NCBI GenBank assembly: GCA_938091905.1
Contig: CALKOM010000134.1
Span: 1 to 64,000, forward strand
Direction: 5' to 3'
Length of the DNA stretch: 64,000 nt
Source of the DNA: an uncultured Verrucomicrobiales bacterium
GTDB lineage: Bacteria > Verrucomicrobiota > Verrucomicrobiia > Verrucomicrobiales > DEV007
Part shown: one piece after another, positions 61,075 through 64,000 of the stretch
Position numbering within the stretch: position 1 is the first letter of the stretch
How the letters are laid out: each line of letters opens with the position of its first letter
Program-made: the position numbers and the translations under genes
Notes under the pieces: model-generated
What the model was told of the DNA's origin: nothing
Seen by the model: the letters and a program-made list of their open reading frames with translations, nothing else
Databases searched by the model: none

Positions 61075-61944
61075 TTAATACGTAGTATTCTCAGACTGGG
61101 CGGAGTACTGGAATCCGCGAGAAATGGTTTCGAGGCGCCAAGCAGTGGCATACTTGCAGAAGCCCGTCGTCGATAAGTTAAACCGTTCAACGAGTTCAAG
61201 CATCCAGCGAGGAGAATCCTTCATCGCTTTCAGCTCGAAGATGTAGCCCGCAAAGGGGCGATTGAGCCCCATTTGCGTGTCCATCGGACGCCAAAGGCTG
61301 GTGTCATCCTCCACGGGAAGACGCCACTCTCGTGTAGGGCGATAGGAAACGCGGCGATCAAAGGTCACGCGGGCATAGTCATCATTCGCTCCGAAATAGG
61401 ACTCCCGCACGTAACGGATCAGCATCTTTGGCCGCGCTTTTAGCCGATGTACGATCCGACAATACTCAAGGAAATTGTTGTTGTCCTTGGGAGTCTTCAG
61501 CATTGGAGCGGTATTAGGATGCACGACAATAGAGCCCTCGAACGGGCCACTGTAATACTGACCCAACGTCATCTTCGCACGACTCTTGATGATGACATTG
61601 TTTACCTTCCGCTTCAGCTCAAAGAACACGGGATGCTCTGGTCTAGTACCGTAAGTGCGAATCCGTAACTTAAATCGAGCAAATGACTTACGCTCTTTCG
61701 CCAGCGCCAGGTCCATTGTTGGCGTATCGAGTTGCAATGTCGTGACCGTGTATTCAGGCACAGCCCCCTTCCCGTTCGGGTCAGGAACGCAGAAAGGCTT
61801 GATGAATTCCCGGATTTTGGGAACTAGGCTCGGATGAACGATGTACTTCTGCTCGAAACGTTCAATGACCTGGTCTTTCGCGCCTTTCCGGCTTGGGCCT
61901 AAAGGGGCCTGGGTATTACCAGTCGGTGGGTTCGCGCTGCTCAT
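61075..61944 (-). CDS. VTC-domain (polyphosphate polymerase-like, TTM fold) protein
   Basis: RFEQKY, RFKLRIRTYG, FFELKRK, YVRESY, RVTFD, IFELK, FCKYA. Confidence 0.9.
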   Translation of the reverse strand: MSSANPPTGNTQAPLGPSRKGAKDQVIERFEQKYIVHPSLVPKIREFIKPFCVPDPNGKGAVPEYTVTTLQLDTPTMDLALAKERKSFARFKLRIRTYGTRPEHPVFFELKRKVNNVIIKSRAKMTLGQYYSGPFEGSIVVHPNTAPMLKTPKDNNNFLEYCRIVHRLKARPKMLIRYVRESYFGANDDYARVTFDRRVSYRPTREWRLPVEDDTSLWRPMDTQMGLNRPFAGYIFELKAMKDSPRWMLELVERFNLSTTGFCKYATAWRLETISRGFQYSAQSENTTY

Positions 61945-62362
61945 CGAATAGAAGGAATCTTTCAGGGAAGGCAGTCTTTACGCGGCGACGCCCAGAGCGT
62001 CAATGGAGATGTCACGGTCTCGTCAACTTGCTCGCGCAAATGAGCCGGCTCAGTAGCCTTTGATACATACCGTCTTCTATCAGTTGAATCACCGTTTGGA
62101 AAATCCAAGATTTGAGACAACCATGAAAACTAGGTCTACAAGAAAAGAAATCGTAACGGCGGCGGCAGCAGTTGCGATTTATGAGGCTCTAAATAGGAAG
62201 GTCGCCCAAGAAATGGTCACGAAACAATACTTAGCGCATTGGCACCCATACCAAAAAATAAAAGCCCCGACCGCCGGCTCTGCAGATCATCGACCTGGAC
62301 TCAAGTTCAATTCAGTTCCGGTGCAGCGAACCCCTTCGCCAGAAAATGAGGGAATTCTTACC

Positions 62363-63196
62363 CTATTTCATGAGCGGATGCTCCTTGAGAAGTTCTGCTC
62401 CCTGATAGGGCAATGTCTGATCCTTTATCGAGTCACGGACAGCCTTTACTTGCCCCTCAGAGACTTCAGGACCAGAGTTGCCCCACTCATTGCGCACATA
62501 AGTCAGGACATCGGCAATCTCATCGTCTTTTAGCAGAGCCTCAAGGGGCGTCATCACGCCATTATAAGGCTCACCGTTGACTTCGATGTTCCCCATGAGC
62601 CCCTTGAGCACGATCTTGATCTGGCGCTCAGTATCACCGTCAAGCCAGTCCGATCCTGCCAACGGTGGAAACGCGGGCGGAATGCCCTGGCCGTTAGGTT
62701 GATGGCAGGTGAAACAAATTCCCACTCGCATGTATACCTCTTTGCCACGGGTCATCTTCTCCGGATCGATCTCCGCCGAACCAGCCGCAAAGAGTCCTGC
62801 CGCATCGCTCGGCAAAACCTCGGCCGGCAGCCCTTTCAAAACGTCCAACGCACCTAACTTTAAATCGTCGCTTGGTGTTAGTTGATGAATCCGCCAGAGA
62901 CGGTAGGCCATGGATTGATCAGGCACCTTAGCTTTCGCCCAAGTCTTCATCATCACCACCTGCTGCTCAGGAGACATCCAAGTGGCAAGATCACCACCGG
63001 GAAGTAAGCGTTCAATCAGCTTTGACTCAGCCTTCAGGGAGTCTCCCTCAAGCTCACTTAAGCCCTTGACCAAAGCTTCGCGCCCCGACCCACTTGCAAC
63101 GACGCTAGCGACGTCCTCCGACGCATTCCACTCCCCAGATCCCACCTGCACCATCCACACAGACACCATCAACAACAAAATAAATTTTAAAAACAT
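62363..63196 (-). CDS. Exported c-type cytochrome with N-terminal helical extension
   Basis: CFTCHQPNGQG, FPPLAGS, YNGVM (Met ligand), VLTYVRNEWGN; start uncertain (63220 possible). Confidence 0.88.
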   Translation of the reverse strand: MFLKFILLLMVSVWMVQVGSGEWNASEDVASVVASGSGREALVKGLSELEGDSLKAESKLIERLLPGGDLATWMSPEQQVVMMKTWAKAKVPDQSMAYRLWRIHQLTPSDDLKLGALDVLKGLPAEVLPSDAAGLFAAGSAEIDPEKMTRGKEVYMRVGICFTCHQPNGQGIPPAFPPLAGSDWLDGDTERQIKIVLKGLMGNIEVNGEPYNGVMTPLEALLKDDEIADVLTYVRNEWGNSGPEVSEGQVKAVRDSIKDQTLPYQGAELLKEHPLMK

Positions 63197-63283
63197 TTGG
63201 CAATTCATATCTAAATCCATCCATCGGAGCGGATTCCAGTCAACCTGAAGTCGATCAATGACTGCAACTACCTACCTTCAATG

Positions 63284-63302
63284 ACATTCAATCATTGAAT
63301 GT
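63284..63302. promoter_or_regulatory. Perfect 9-1-9 palindrome, candidate operator
   Basis: ACATTCAAT-C-ATTGAATGT between divergent genes. Confidence 0.55.
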
Positions 63303-63358
63303 AATCAGCCAAATGCTTAAAGAAAGGCGTACGGTGATCTAGAACTATCCCAATCGTG

Positions 63359-64000
63359 ATGAATAAATTGCTAGGAATTCTCTTGTCTGCCAGCGCTGCC
63401 GCTTGGCCCACCTCGGCCCTTCTTGCCGAAGTTCCCAACACCAAGCCGAACGGGATTGGGGCTCAGGCGCCCACACCGCGCGTCCAGGTAGTCCCTGTGA
63501 CGACTGAAAGTAGAAAGAAGCAATCAGATGCGAGTTCCTCTGAAGCTGCCATCGCTGAAATCGACAAATGTCTAACCAAAGCCAGCTCCAAGGCCAAGGA
63601 ACTCGCTGAGGTCATTCGCAATGCAAAGAAAGAGAAACTCGCTGCGCAGAATGACGCCAAGAAGACGAAAAATCAGTTAGGTGACGTCAAGAAGCAGATG
63701 GAGCAGGTGCGCCAAGAACTCGCGTCAATGAAGAAACGGGAGACCAAGAATCGCTCCGAACTAAAAGACCTCGAATCCAAGCTCGCCTCCTCCACCAAGA
63801 AAGCCGCAGACGAATCTAACAAGCTACTCGCCGCAGCGAACGACATCTCCAGATGGGAAAAGCGCGCGACGAAGGCCGAGGGCGAACTCCGGCAAACAAG
63901 GAAAGCGATGGAGGCCACACTTCGAGTGGCTAACGAAGCCAAGGCTCTTGGTAGTCGCTACCAGGAAAAGCTCACACTCGGGGTCACTCAGCTTGCAGAG
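63359..64000 (+). CDS. Secreted coiled-coil protein (partial, runs off window)
   Basis: Own translation MNKLLGILLSASAAAWPTSALLA.. then K/E/A-rich heptads, open to window end; absent from ORF track. Confidence 0.75.
   Translation, partial: MNKLLGILLSASAAAWPTSALLAEVPNTKPNGIGAQAPTPRVQVVPVTTESRKKQSDASSSEAAIAEIDKCLTKASSKAKELAEVIRNAKKEKLAAQNDAKKTKNQLGDVKKQMEQVRQELASMKKRETKNRSELKDLESKLASSTKKAADESNKLLAAANDISRWEKRATKAEGELRQTRKAMEATLRVANEAKALGSRYQEKLTLGVTQLAE

Noticed and set aside
62060..62533. 157-aa ORF (MKTRSTRKEIVTAAAAVAIYEAL... from 62123) divergent from the VTC operon
   Set aside because: No family recognised and it overlaps the cytochrome c 3' end antisense by 171 nt; it could be a small or decayed gene but I cannot support it
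1..64000. CRISPR array, rRNA, tRNA, prophage or defence island
   Set aside because: No regularly spaced repeats, cas, phage or defence genes recognised; intergenic gaps are short

Overview
64 kb of mostly core chromosome from a Verrucomicrobiota-like (PVC) bacterium, inferred from a Verru_Chthon cassette A homologue, a DUF1549/DUF1553 + DUF1501 pair, DUF1080, a sulfatase and Tat-exported TIM-barrel proteins. Housekeeping genes are sucAB, topB, bioB, iolB, polA, alr, hprK, hpf and lptB. Envelope and other genes include DUF368, M23 and NlpC/P60 peptidases, ExbB/ExbD/TPR, a PLD lipoprotein, a GT2, an RstAB-like two-component pair and SulP. The window starts in the right end of an ISL3-like element. 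It holds at least four decayed genes that the ORF track does not show: an EF-G remnant, an archaemetzincin, a serine hydrolase, and a remnant of a second Verru_Chthon A copy. Best leads: (1) an unlisted 24-codon TrpL-like leader peptide ending WWRA*, followed by an anti-SD sequence, upstream of an EamA/DMT transporter, which suggests Trp-sensing translational attenuation; (2) a closed three-gene operon VTC polyphosphate-polymerase domain + DUF4956 + HlyD-like adaptor; (3) an orphan Verru_Chthon A protein with a swapped N-terminus. No tRNA, rRNA or CRISPR array was recognised. All family calls come from motif recognition by eye, not database searches.
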